64,000 nucleotides of DNA from Fimbriosthenelais zetlandica (taxonomy: Eukaryota), in contig OZ365112.1 in the NCBI GenBank assembly GCA_977030845.1, positions 14,074,001 through 14,138,000 of the forward strand, written 5' to 3'. The notes under the pieces are model-generated. The model was not told the origin of the DNA and did not search any database. It saw nothing but the letters and a program-made list of their open reading frames with translations. Shown one piece after another: positions 47,201 to 59,400 of this stretch. The position numbers were made by a program, and so were the translations under genes. Position 1 is the stretch's first letter. Each line of letters opens with the position of its first letter.

Positions 47201-50200
47201 TATGGAAAGCTTCAAATACATTATATTTGGATAATATTTTAAAAAGAAATGCAAAGAAAATGTGGACTTTTAAGGGTTTTCTTGGGGTGGCCTTCAAACG
47301 GGACCCCCGGATAGGAACAGACGGGAGTGCGCATGCGTCTGTAAAAGCTGCGCGCGGTTCCGGATATTGGAAAGCCTTTATCCCAAAGCTTTGAAGCATA
47401 GCCAGAGCCACCTTTAATGGGTATGATAATTGATCCTTTCCCTTTAATTCCCTAGGCTTTAGTCTCCCCTACAACCCCGACTCATTAGCATATCTGAGAA
47501 GGGAATCGGGAGGCGCCCCAAAGCGGAAGGGAAACCCTTTTAATGGACGCCAAGAAGTGACCTTCAGTTTGACCCATCGGGTGTTAAATATAGCCAAGAA
47601 AAGAGAAAGAGAGATACTTGTTCCCTCTAATGACTTCCAAGGATTGGGTTCATATATATCAGGGTCTGGATTCCATCCCCAATAAGCCCATTTATTGCTA
47701 CCTTCTTACTGTTTTATTGCTGAATTATGAATATCAGGGTTTTAGGGTTCTTTCCAAGTCATCACTAAGGAATGTTTAGGCAGACTATTAGAACAAACGA
47801 AATCTTTGTCATGAATAATAGTAACATAATCAACGAGTTATAGAATTTTAGGAGCACTTTAACGTCAAAAGAGTCATAAAAAGTTTGATGAACTTTTATT
47901 TACTTAAAAAATTAATTTATTCCGAGATTATCTAAATTATGCGACTTTTCTAACTGCCCGTCTTACAATATTAAGTTTCGAAAGCAAAACCTATTTTTTT
48001 TTGGGGGGGGGGGACAAAATAGTTGGAAACCAATGATTTTTCCTTTTACCAATTTTATCATTTAACAATACACAATGGACTAATGCAATATATGTTTCCT
48101 ATACACTGCATCCTTAATACCTTTAGCACTGATTTGGGATGAGGGCATAACATAAAGACTTTCGTTCGTGCGAATTTTCCAGGCACCTGGGTATATTATG
48201 TGGGCTTAAATTAATCAAGGACATGTTAGGAAAATTAATTAGCTTCTAGGTATAGTCTCCTTTCTTTTCGGCACAGAATCTCGGACAAAGAAGTGTCACA
48301 TTATTTGCTGGGTGTTTGTAAGGTCACGCCGACTTACAATAACACTTGTGTGAACGTCCTTTGTCACAGAAAGTCCGTGACCAGTTTCATCTCCGTCCTA
48401 GAGAAACTATCACGCGCATGCGTCATAGATCGAAGAGACAAGATGAGAATTGCCTGGAAATACCCCGCGAATTAATGCCGGCGATGAAGGGGTACACGAC
48501 CCCTGGTAAGAAAACTCATACAATATTGATGCTCTCCTATTGGTCAGTGTAAAACCGGATGATGTAGCGGTGCATCCTGGGAGATGACATCAAAATCTCA
48601 CGAGACCCGAGAAAGGGGAAAATTACCTATGGCGCCGCCTACTTGTCACACATGTCGGTATGGTCAAGTTGGTAAATTCACGGATGCCCGATTATGGCTA
48701 GCCGTGCTTTCTCGCCGTGGAAATTGCTCAAAGCTCCTGCATGTCAGCATGCGGGCACTGAACAGTCACTAACGTGTTAATTCCCAGAAGGAAACACGGA
48801 GACGACAGCAGGAGCGTCAGTAGCTAAAGAATCCATGCATCTCAATGCAATATTCCCCTCCGAAATCTTCTCATTTGCTAAAGGTCACACAGGCGTTAAA
48901 CTCCCGACCCGACCCCTAAAGTTTCATCGCTGATTGCTAATAATGAATGTGGTCATCTGTCCCCTACTCTTTGTCACGGAGCTTGCCACTGGAAATCCCT
49001 TAGAAAAATTTGCAAGGAAATTTATTCATGTTTTCCTGATAGCTTTTCATACTTCGTTAGCCTTTCAACATTCAGTTGGTCCCTATCTCCTTTCAAGGGA
49101 ATGGACAAAACCAATCAAATGTAGTTAGCCTTAATTTAAGATCTAATTTGAACATCTGCAATTGTTGCCATGAGTGCAAACAATTTTTCATCCAATAACG
49201 AGTTTTTGGACTTGATGTCTTGACACATCAATCAAACAATATTTGCATTGTCCAAATTTAAATTTGATTAAAAACAAAGTGTCAAAAACATTGTATGTAA
49301 TAAATAGGCTGTGAACGCAAACTAAAATATAATTTACGACCATAGCCCGAAGACATATATAAACGTTGAAGACCAATGTACCAGTTTCTCTTCTTTAAAT
49401 TAGGAATCTTAGAATGAAATTCGAATATTAAAAGAGCCCTGTCAAATATCAGTTTACATTCTCTGTTTACATGTATAGGGGTGTTTGGTGGGAGGTATAT
49501 GGTACAGATAGGAGATAAATGGGTGTTAGTGAGGGTGGTTATTAGGACCAATGTGGTGTCTGTAAGAACTCTTTACATGGCCTGTGGGGAGAGGAGTGAC
49601 TGGGAGGGGTTGATGGGGGAGAGGAAGCGACCAGCTGTGGTTATACATAGCTCCAGCTGGGACATGACCCACACACACCTACCCACTAACCCACACACGT
49701 CTATATAATACACATCTATCTCACTCACCCATCACACATACACTGCACTTCTAGGCTTGAAAAGGCCACAAGTGGGATGTGAGTATTAAAATAGTTATCA
49801 ACTTTTTAACTTGGAATTTTGGCAATTTGAAAATAAAATTAAGATTGAAATCAATGTCCCGTATTCCTCATGCTTAAGCTAATTTTATTCTAACGAATTT
49901 ATGTTAAACGGCAGGTCATTGACCCCACCACCAGACAGGTGTAAAACAGCAGGGTGGGTGCCATAAACAAGTTTAAAGTTATACTCATATTGCAATTTTA
50001 TAACCATATCACATCCTCCTCAGGCTAGGTGAAAAGTTATACATGTTGAACTTGGCTTTTACTTTTTCCGTTCGTTTCCTCGCCTGGACGAAAAAAACCT
50101 AACATATGTGGGTTCTATGTATAACAGAGTTAAATTAAACTAAAGCTTAGAGTAAACTTTCATAAATCATCCGTCCAATAAAGCAATGTCCACTCTAATG

Positions 50201-52132
50201 CCATTGACCACACGTCTGCCTCGAGTCTCTCAGGGGCGAAAGAGAAAGAAAAAGAAGAAAAGAAAGATGTATAGGTGAGGGAGACAGAGTACCCCGTTGG
50301 TTGGTTGAGCCAAGGTAGCCAAGCTACCCGAGCGGGAGTGAGCGGAATGTTCTTGTAAACGCCGCTAGATGGCCTCATTAAGAAGAGTGGGCACGCGCCA
50401 TTGGTGGACAGGTGTCACGTGAACGATTCTGATATATCACCTTAAGATTCCACCAACATAATTAAGATGTCCTCTCAACCTATACATCAGCTTTTGAAAC
50501 TCTAATTTATTTTAGAAAAAAAGTCCTTTAAAAAGGGAATTATCCCAAAGTGGAATTGACATATATAGTGCCATATTATTATAAAATGGCACCCAAGTAT
50601 GTATTGATAACACCTTCAATGTATGTAAACACACACAATTGGAGCCCACATTTTAAAACTTTTTAAAATGCGGGACTGTATGACGTTCACCCATAAAAAC
50701 TGCGGTTACTAAACGCTTGTGTCACATATGGATTTGACAGAGCAACAATTTGTACAAGCATACGTTTGCCCTGGGGCCCTTTTCTCAATAGATAGTGCAC
50801 ATGCATGCTTTGCACGCCATATGTATCGTGAGCGCTTCTCCCATAACGAAGCCTTCCATGTAAGTTTTTATGATGTGTTTACATGGCGTGTTTATGGTAA
50901 TTTACAAAAAGCTGAAGGACTGATCAGCAAAAAAAACACTGATTCAGAAATTCCAAAAGAATGATTTTTAAAGGGCCCTAAAATATAGTTTTTTAAGCCA
51001 TTGAAGTAATGTTGCCAATATTATGGCTTCCTGTCCCACAAGTCCTACAGTAGATATCTAATGGTATTATAATTGTTGTCATGATGAGTAAGTATCTAGA
51101 AGCTGACTTATTATTGAGTAGATATAGAGGGCAGCTTTTTCTGTTTAGTGCTATCAATAAGGAGACAGTGATCTGTGGTAGTGTCCTGTCACCAGTATTG
51201 ACCCCTCCACAAGAACCTCCTCAATTGCTCATCCCTCACCCACACCCCATGTTATCCACTGGCCAACTGCTCATCGACCTGCAGCTTGAAGAGAGGACTA
51301 AGAAAGCATAAAGCACACCTCGCCCTAACCTCTCCTGATGTTTGCCACTTAGTTTCATGTCCTCGAGCTGCTCGCCCAACATTTAGCTCCATCTTTTCAT
51401 TGAGCAATTGTTATTATTGTTAATGATGTGGCGGAGACGATAAAGGGCCGGCCTATGGGCCCTCGGGCGGGTGTTATGGGTCGTAAAGGCCAGCCAGCTA
51501 GCATTGGAGGCCCATAAACTAGCCCCGCTACTATATATACTGCTTTTCTCTCTCCCTCACTCCTCCTGCCTTTGCTTAGCTACCCTCCCCTTCCCTCATC
51601 CCTGATTCTATTCCTTTATTCTTTTCTTAAATGCTTCCATTTCCTTTTCATTTCCTTCACCTTTCGCAAGTCCTTTTTGACAAGACCTGTATTAATGATA
51701 TCATTTGGACTTCATCTCTTTTCATTATTACTTCGTTCTATTTATAGACATATATACACATATATGTGTAACGATGTAATGGAAGGATGGGAAAAATTGA
51801 AGGATACGTTGTACATTGTATCCTATCCTTCCATTGTTTGACATACTAGCTTACATCTTATTGATCCACCTATTTTCGTTTCTTTCTTACAATCATTCAT
51901 TTTATCCACATAGTCATGTGTAAAGAATTGCTATGTGTGAGTACATAATTGTGGCTCTGATACCAATCTAATGACGCTTATCAGTAACGTGGATCTGCTG
52001 ATTGTATAGTACAACGCAGTCTGATTATCTCTGGTGATTTGGGTGCATTCTCCTACATTCCAACTGGTGCACTTGACTCAATAAAATTCACACTGCTTCA
52101 TGTATGGTCTCTTCAACCATAAATCATATTTT

Positions 52133-52178
52133 AATCTTCTAAATTTAAATCTTCTAAACTTACATCTTCAAAATTTAA
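52133..52178. repeat. ~15-bp degenerate tandem repeat, about 3 copies
   Basis: aatcttctaaattta / aatcttctaaactta / catcttcaaaattta. Confidence 0.7.
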
Positions 52179-53959
52179 GGTAAAATAGACATAGACTGGG
52201 AGAGTCACCACATTGGTCAGTTACTGATTTCATGACTGGACTAACGAATTCTCGTTTCTGGAGGAGAATTTCTTCCCTATTTATATTTCTTATTTGGGAT
52301 AAATATATTCATAATATTAATTGGGTTTCATAGGTTTGTAGACCATTATGACCAAGAGTGACACAGTTTTAATTTTCCTGGGAAAAAATAAAAGTAGGTC
52401 AGAGAGAGGGGCAGGTGTTCAGCGATGATGAGTAAGGGGTTGAAAGCAAGGGGTCATTTAAAAGAGGTGAATGGCGCCATGGCTACTATATAGATATCTG
52501 TCTGACCACTTTATACATAGGTACACATAAGGCTCTGTGACTCAAGTGGTCTGGGCACCAGGGTTTGTGCTTTGAGGGGAATATAGCCCTTCTTCTCTAT
52601 ACGTTAAAAGCCAAATTGTCCCCTGCATATCCCACAAGCCATTCCCGTCACAGGCACACGGGCTGCATGCATGTCACCCTGATTGTGATTTGTGTGTGGC
52701 ATTTGCTGGTGACGGTAGGGGCTGTTGAAGGGGGTGGGCTGGGTCAGCAGGGGGAGACCGAGAGGTGGAGGTTTTGTTACCGGCCTCACAAGCTTCCGGG
52801 GCCGGGAGATAGGCGTTTCTAGAGCCGGACCCCTCCCCCTGAAGCCCCTTCTGTATTCAATAAGGCTACCTATGCCCCGCCCCAAGTGGAGTGACAAGAG
52901 TTAACAGACATGATAATTGATCTTGTGTACAGGCAAGGGCAATTTCCACCATATAAAATCATGTAGAACAAAGAGGTAAAGGTTCAAGCCATATAAAATG
53001 CATTGAAATTGCACAATTTCGATTTTAAAAGCATTATTTCAATGTACATTCTATAGCATACCTTTACTGGCTTTAACCACCTATTCCCGAAAATAATAAT
53101 AGTTAAAAGAACCAGGTTTTGCCAGAATTTAAATTGACAACAACCATTCAGTTACGTCTAGTTAACTTTCCCATGTACTCTCTCTTTTAAGGGTCATAAT
53201 GAATTAAATTATATACACACCTGCGTGTAATGATAGTATTTACATCATAGTCATGATGAGTACATGCACACCCGAACGATTATTATCAATAATTAATATA
53301 GGTTATAATTTAGCTTATTATCCATGAACTCAAAGGGATGAGCAATGATCTATACTATACGGTAAGGCTCTGTGTGTATGAATGGTTTATGACTTATATG
53401 CCCTTAGCTTTTTGGTAGAAGATATCATTTTTATGAACTATCAATCATAATATTCATTTTCTTTGTTGCCTGGGGATTGCGTTGCATATCGGTTGTAGTT
53501 GCTCTCAGGTTTATAACCAGAGGAGGAAACCAGGATTGATGGATAACCCTTAAGGTAGTGGAGGATAGGAAGGAGGGCCTTAGATCCCTCACTTTTCCTC
53601 CAGGGTGGGGGAGGTTAGTGGGGGTTGGCCTTTTAGCAACATCCTGTGTTTAAAGTGACTACCTACATGAGGAGGAGGGGTATGGGGGAGGGAGAAGGGG
53701 AGGGGGTGGGGAGAAAAGAGCAGGTAGCTTCTAAGTATGTCTCTCCCACCTCAGTACCAAATACCAGTCCTCCAGACCCACACAGGAGCAATCGAGTAAA
53801 CCCCAAAAGACAAGGCCATGCGATGAAGATATCTATCCCTCACTAATACGGACCACACACAGCTTTCACTGGAGGAAAGTAAAACAAGAGGAAAGGTCAT
53901 CATTTGATATTTACCTATAGGAGATACATAGCAGTACAGACTCATTAGAGCCCCTGCTT

Positions 53960-54880
53960 GACGGATTGAGACATATGCTTCTCATTTATATGTACCTTAG
54001 TTAGCTTGCTTCCAGGGTTCCTCCACGGTCACTTGATGGGGCTCATCTCGTCCTCCAGGTGATCCAGCGTCAGTCAGTCCACCTGGAGTAGGGTCATTAT
54101 CGTCCATTGTTCCCATACATCCAGTACAGCCTTCCTCCAGCGGTATAGAGAGGTGGAGAATTTGTACAGGACACACACACATAACTGCCTTTGAAAAGAT
54201 TCTCATTCATCCAAGAACGTCCATTTGAAGAGGACCGGTTAGACACCACAGCCGCGGATCCAAACTCCAGGTGTTACAGGGTGTGTACATTAAAATATAA
54301 CCCACCCCCAGTCCTGGATCTCTAGATGGTTATTTTCACTGTGGAAGCATTGATGTTGTAGGTCCAGACACTGGAGCAATTGGTGCTACCACCAGAAATA
54401 CCACACTGACACCCGTGTATGACAGGGATCCAGACAGTGGTAGCCACCAGGCCTGGTAGCTGGTATCTCTCTCCTCCAGTACTTGCCATTCACGCATCGA
54501 CAAGGGGTAATCGCTCGGCCTGTCAATCAAAACTGGATCAGCTCATTTCCAAATCGAGGAGATATCCCCGCCATTTTTCTCCCAATCCTTCAGATCCCGA
54601 AAGCGTTAGTTGATTTACCTTTCTCTCACTCATGGCAATGTCCATTGACCTCAATGCTGTGAAGGGTTCCTCTATGGTAGCACATAAACTGCCTGGTCAT
54701 CATATCTATTGATCAAGTTACACCCTTGCCATGCTCGCTGCTTTCAGAGTTGAGCTGCTCGCTTTTGTCTGGCTTTGCCTCCTTAATGGGAGGCCTTTGA
54801 AGTAGCAGTGGACCTCCTATCACCTTCCTGCCTTCAAGTGCTTGCCCTATCTTGCCATGTATTTGTCCTTGCAAGCCTGG
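53960..54880 (-). mobile_element. Highly decayed non-LTR retrotransposon (LINE, possibly RTE-like) reverse-transcriptase relic
   Basis: Minus-strand translation across stops and frameshifts gives LINE-RT-like motifs in the expected order. These are KGKST (54608-54622), W...IWK*AD.VLI (~54535), DY.LS...GKVLE (54474-54487), CQCGISGGST (54382-54411; cf. QCGF..GRST), GV..RGCGV*PVLF...FLDE (54221-54268; cf. GVRQGC.LSP.LF), GGRL...MDD..PTPGGL (54075-54107; cf. GGR..NLRYADD...T..GL), LDHLEDE (54044-54066) and SKLTKV. Recognised by eye, not by HMM; boundaries are approximate. Confidence 0.6.
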
Positions 54881-55937
54881 TAAAAGAAAAAGAGAAAGGA
54901 TTAGGAGTTATTGCATTGGAGCTCTTAAACATGAGAGGGTCCTTTTGGGTCGTCATAAAGGGGCCTTGGAAGAATATTTTTATTATCATTTCATTGCAGG
55001 CTCACTTTGAGGGTGATGATAGACTAATGAGTGTCAGTGTGGAGGGACCTGTGGAAAGCTGGTCGGGGAGGAAAGATACCAATGAGAGGTTAGTTGCTAG
55101 GTGATTGGGTTGGGGGTCAGTGTCTGCCTTGCATGGTCATTGCGGGCCACAGGAGGATCATAAAGTGTAGACTGGTATCAATCAGATCAGAGAAGGGCAT
55201 TGAGAAGGGCTTTGTTTTAGGCCCTTCTGAGCCTTCACCAACGACCTCTTATCATGAGGTGGATGCTTTCACAGACAGTCCAAACGAGCCAAGAAACATT
55301 TTGGACAAGAACATATTAATCCTCTGATTTTACTCTGACTGATACTTTGGGTTATTCTAGTTTCCCTTAGAATAGATTTTTGGAGTGGAAATACATGTTT
55401 AAAATAGATGCGATATGCATAATATGATTTTCGGCTCTCTAGAATGTATTATATACTTATACTTAAGACATAAAAGCGCTCATAAGATTAATTTCTTGGA
55501 AAAATATCAGGGCATTTATGATTTTCCATCCATTTCCTATTCAATTTGCCATTTTTTAACCCGTTCTCATGTAGATTGACTTATACTTGGACCTTTCATT
55601 GTTTCATTTTTTAAATCATAGGCTGGAGGAAGAAATGTTAAAGACAGTTTATTTGCATAAATAAGACAGGTGGACTATCAGGTCAATGAGATGTCTTTGT
55701 TTTACGTTTGTCATTGTCACCTACCACCTGCCAGTGGGAGGGAGAAAGTATAGGAGATGAAAAAGCACCAATTCAGCCCTGCCCACCTCCCCCTCCCTCC
55801 TTTCCCTCCTTATTCTCAACTCCCACTCCCTTCCCCTAACAAAACCCCACCTACCACCTTGTACCTCCAAATTCCCTCCCCCTCTTTTTCCCTCTATACC
55901 TCCAGTGTTATAGTATTGTTTTTTTTTCATATGACAG

Positions 55938-56402
55938 AAGTAGGAGTAAGAGGAGGAGGAGTAAAAGTAGGAGGAGGTTAGGAGTCTGAGCTTGCAAACC
56001 AGAATCGGCAGTAGCAGACGCAGCAGCGCTTAGCGTCAGGTCATCAGTGGTTGTGGACTGGGAGGGACTGGCAGTGGCTCCAGCAGAAGCAGCACCAAGG
56101 CTAACCCATCCCCCTTCTTCCAACAGGCAAGAGCTGGCTGGGAGGAAGCAGCAGCAGCAGCACCATCCACCACCATCCAACATCCAACAAGCTCTCCTCT
56201 CCTCCCACCACAATAACACTCCACGTGTTCCTTCATCCCGCTCTCTCACTCTCCTATAGCCACAACTCCTCCTTTCCCTCATCATCTCTCTCCCATCATC
56301 TACCCAACCATCACATCCCAACGACCCGCTACTACTACTACAACTAGTACTACTATACTACTACTTCCACAACCAACACTACTCCTGCTACTAACCCAAA
56401 AG
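55938..56402 (+). other. Candidate non-coding (5' UTR or lncRNA) exon
   Basis: Upstream tgtttttttttcatatgacAG acceptor-like site (ends 55937), donor AAG|GTACGT at 56402/56403, and no ATG seen in the 465 nt between them. No transcript evidence available. Confidence 0.35.
56328..56393. repeat. Imperfect (CTA)n low-complexity tract
   Basis: ctactactactacaactagtactactatactactac... Confidence 0.8.
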
Positions 56403-59400
56403 GTACGTGTCTTGTCCATATGTACATCGTCCACTTTTCATAGACCCACATGGCCCCAACGAGGCTTTCTATTTTATTGATCACTTCTATACAAGCGGGT
56501 TTTGGTCGCTCGTTTTGCCCTCTCGTCTCTTTTGCACACTCTTTTCAGAATAATCGCATCAATTCCAATACCTCCTGCCCCTCTTATTCTTCATCATATT
56601 GCCCTTTCATCTCTGGTTTTGTGCTCCTATGATTCTCATGCACGATCCCCATTCATTTCCAAAACAAGGAGGGGTCATAACTCTTCATTGAACATGTCTG
56701 CCAATCGCTCACCTCCTTTGTTTTATTGCGCCATTCCCCCCATTCTCCTATTCCCATCATCGCGACCATCGCCACGAGTTGAACGCGACCATCGCGCGCT
56801 CTCTCAGCGCCCTTCCCGCCTCCATCTACCACTCTATACTTTCTCCCCTCACCAACCTATCCCTCCATCATTTGCTCGCCTATATAATGTGGGTTTCGGG
56901 TTGGGGAGAGATTGAGGTTTCATGGAGACAATGGGAGAGAGTGGAGGGCAGAATCTAATAAAGCTACACATGCACTCACTGCTCGCAGCTTATCATATTT
57001 ATCAACCCGCTTTTATCGATCTGAGTAGATGATATATGGACTACGATCCAAATATGGGGTCCTCAAATAAGTCTAGGATTTACCATGGAAATAGTGACAC
57101 AAATTCGGGGAGAATACACGCAATCAAGACATAAACTATGCCACCCTACAAATGCATGCCTTTAGGCCACATTTCAAAATGTACCATATTTATCTATTGT
57201 TTATACTCATTATTATTCCTTGACTTTGCTATTAACTTGTGGACCTATTTTCATGATATGAACGGGTGAAATGTTATGTGAATTATTGTGAGTTTCATTG
57301 TGGGAATTTCATCTAGCTTTTGTCTAGGTGTGTGTATGAGGGAAGGGGAGGGGGAGATGGCCCCAGGGGTGATAGCCAGCCACATAAATCCCCGTCATCA
57401 CTCCCCCTTCATTTCACCCCTCTCTCTCTGACCCTCCCTGAATAACCCATTTCTGTGCCCCCGTCCTAGATTTCCCCTCTATCCGATAATCTACGAACAT
57501 AATCTAAACTGATATAGACCTTCAATGAATCAGCGCGACAAAATGCATGGAGATGTTAAGTTGTGTATTTAGCCGCAATTGTAACGATGCGCCTTTTTCA
57601 AGAGGGATCAAAAGCCAGCATCAAGTGCTTGGATTCGATGTCTTATTCAGGGTACTTTTAACGGGGCCCAGTCGGCCGGTAAATGCCTTGTATTTTGTTG
57701 GCCGTCTAGGGGGAACTTTAGTATTGAATGGCCATGAATTGAAGCTGGAGGTTTACGAGCAAGGCAAGCTTGGCCTTCGTTTTAGTTTCTCCTTTTCCCA
57801 CTCGCGTCAGCCTCAGCCAAACCATTTCATCCAACGGCGCGGATTCAAAAACATCAATATTCTCTCTCTCTCTCCTCCTACTCTCTCCATCCTCCACTCT
57901 CCCAGACGCGCGCCCCATCACTCCACTAAGGTAAAACCAATTCAAGGCAATAAATATGTAAATAGGTCGGATGGGATCGAGGAGATTTCTAAACGAAAAC
58001 TTTGAAATAAAGATGATTATCCTTAAAGTTTTGTAGGTAATGACTTGTCGGTTCTTTAAGAATTCACGATAGCGTGGAAGCTTATTTGAAAGTAATGTAT
58101 TCGGTGTACATATGGCTTTGTGTTTCTGAAGGATTTATTAGATTTTATATGCAAAATAGTGGAGATTAATAGGGTGTGGTGGAGTTGGTTAGAAAGGTGT
58201 GAAAGTTGGAGGAGGTGGAGTGAAATGGCGTGGAAGTTATATACACCTGTGTTGGTTATATGGGGGGGGGGCGGTGGGCAGGTTGGGGGGAAGTTGGAGG
58301 GGGCGAAGGTGTATGAAAAAAGGGTCAGACACCTGATTCGTGAAATAACAGAGAAAGAAGCAGAGGGGTATAATATTACAGGCCTCGGCAGCTGGGGTGG
58401 AAGATACGACAGTCATACGTCTCCTCCCACTTCCCTACTTTAAATGACCCCGAAACTGTGAGAGAAGATGTGGAAAGCGCCAAATAAAACGATAGTAAAG
58501 GGGGATGGGAATTATAGAGAATAGATTAAATACAGACAGTAGTTCACATTCACATAATTATCATCTACATAATTATTTCCACGTTATAGAATTTAAGAAA
58601 AACTTTGTTTGGTTCGCACTTTCGTTTCTGCCAATCAAATCAAGCCATTTGGTGGCAGATTATATAGAAAAGAAAGACAGGAAAATACTTTTTAAAAATG
58701 ATTGTCGAATCGAACCATTTAGTATCTTAATCGAAGAAAAACTTGCAGATAAAAAAGTCAGAAATAGAGTTAATAGCAAGGGTTGAAATGCGCCTTGGTA
58801 TTAGAGCCATAAATTGCTCAAGCTTGACAGAGACTAATGGCGTCCGGACGGAAAGCTTGGGGGACGATTGTCTGTTGGGGGTGGTGAGGATGGGGTGGTG
58901 GGATGGGGTGAAGTGGGGGAGGGGGTACAGCCTCTTTCCCCCAACATCCAATGTCTCCCTTTGCTGTCGCTCATTCCCCGACAGAAAAAAGTGGGAAAAA
59001 ACAGACGCTCCTTTGTCAGCCAATGGAAACAAGCATACAGTGTCGCTCCGATAAGTTTTTTCATCGTGAAGAATGCGTCCCTTTATTAACTTCGCTACAT
59101 TGGAAGAAAAACGTAGCAATATATGTCGCGTTCTGTTACAAGGATGACGGAACAGTTTAAGTAAATTGGCGCATGTGCAGACGCACCAAATCTGTCACTA
59201 ACATTATCTTAATCTAAGATAACCATTAGATCTAGGACTTAAAAATTGCCGAAAAACTGCATACAGTACATACATACATGTAATGTATGTGAATTTTCGT
59301 GAAATATGGCCGTTAATTTCTAATTTGCGTAATAGTCCCTAATCAGACCGAGTCAGGTCTTTGGGCTATAATATTAAATGTGTGTGAGCGTTGTCATTAA

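Noticed and set aside
56047-56259. 70-aa Q/H/P-rich ORF that looks like a transcription-factor N-terminus
   Set aside because: Starts at GTG, the frame is closed by TGA at 55987 with no ATG, and there is no hexapeptide or domain. Low complexity explains the composition.
57098-57110. acaaattcgg, matching part of the miR-10 complement/star
   Set aside because: Only 10 nt match, with no ACCCTGTAG arm and no hairpin.
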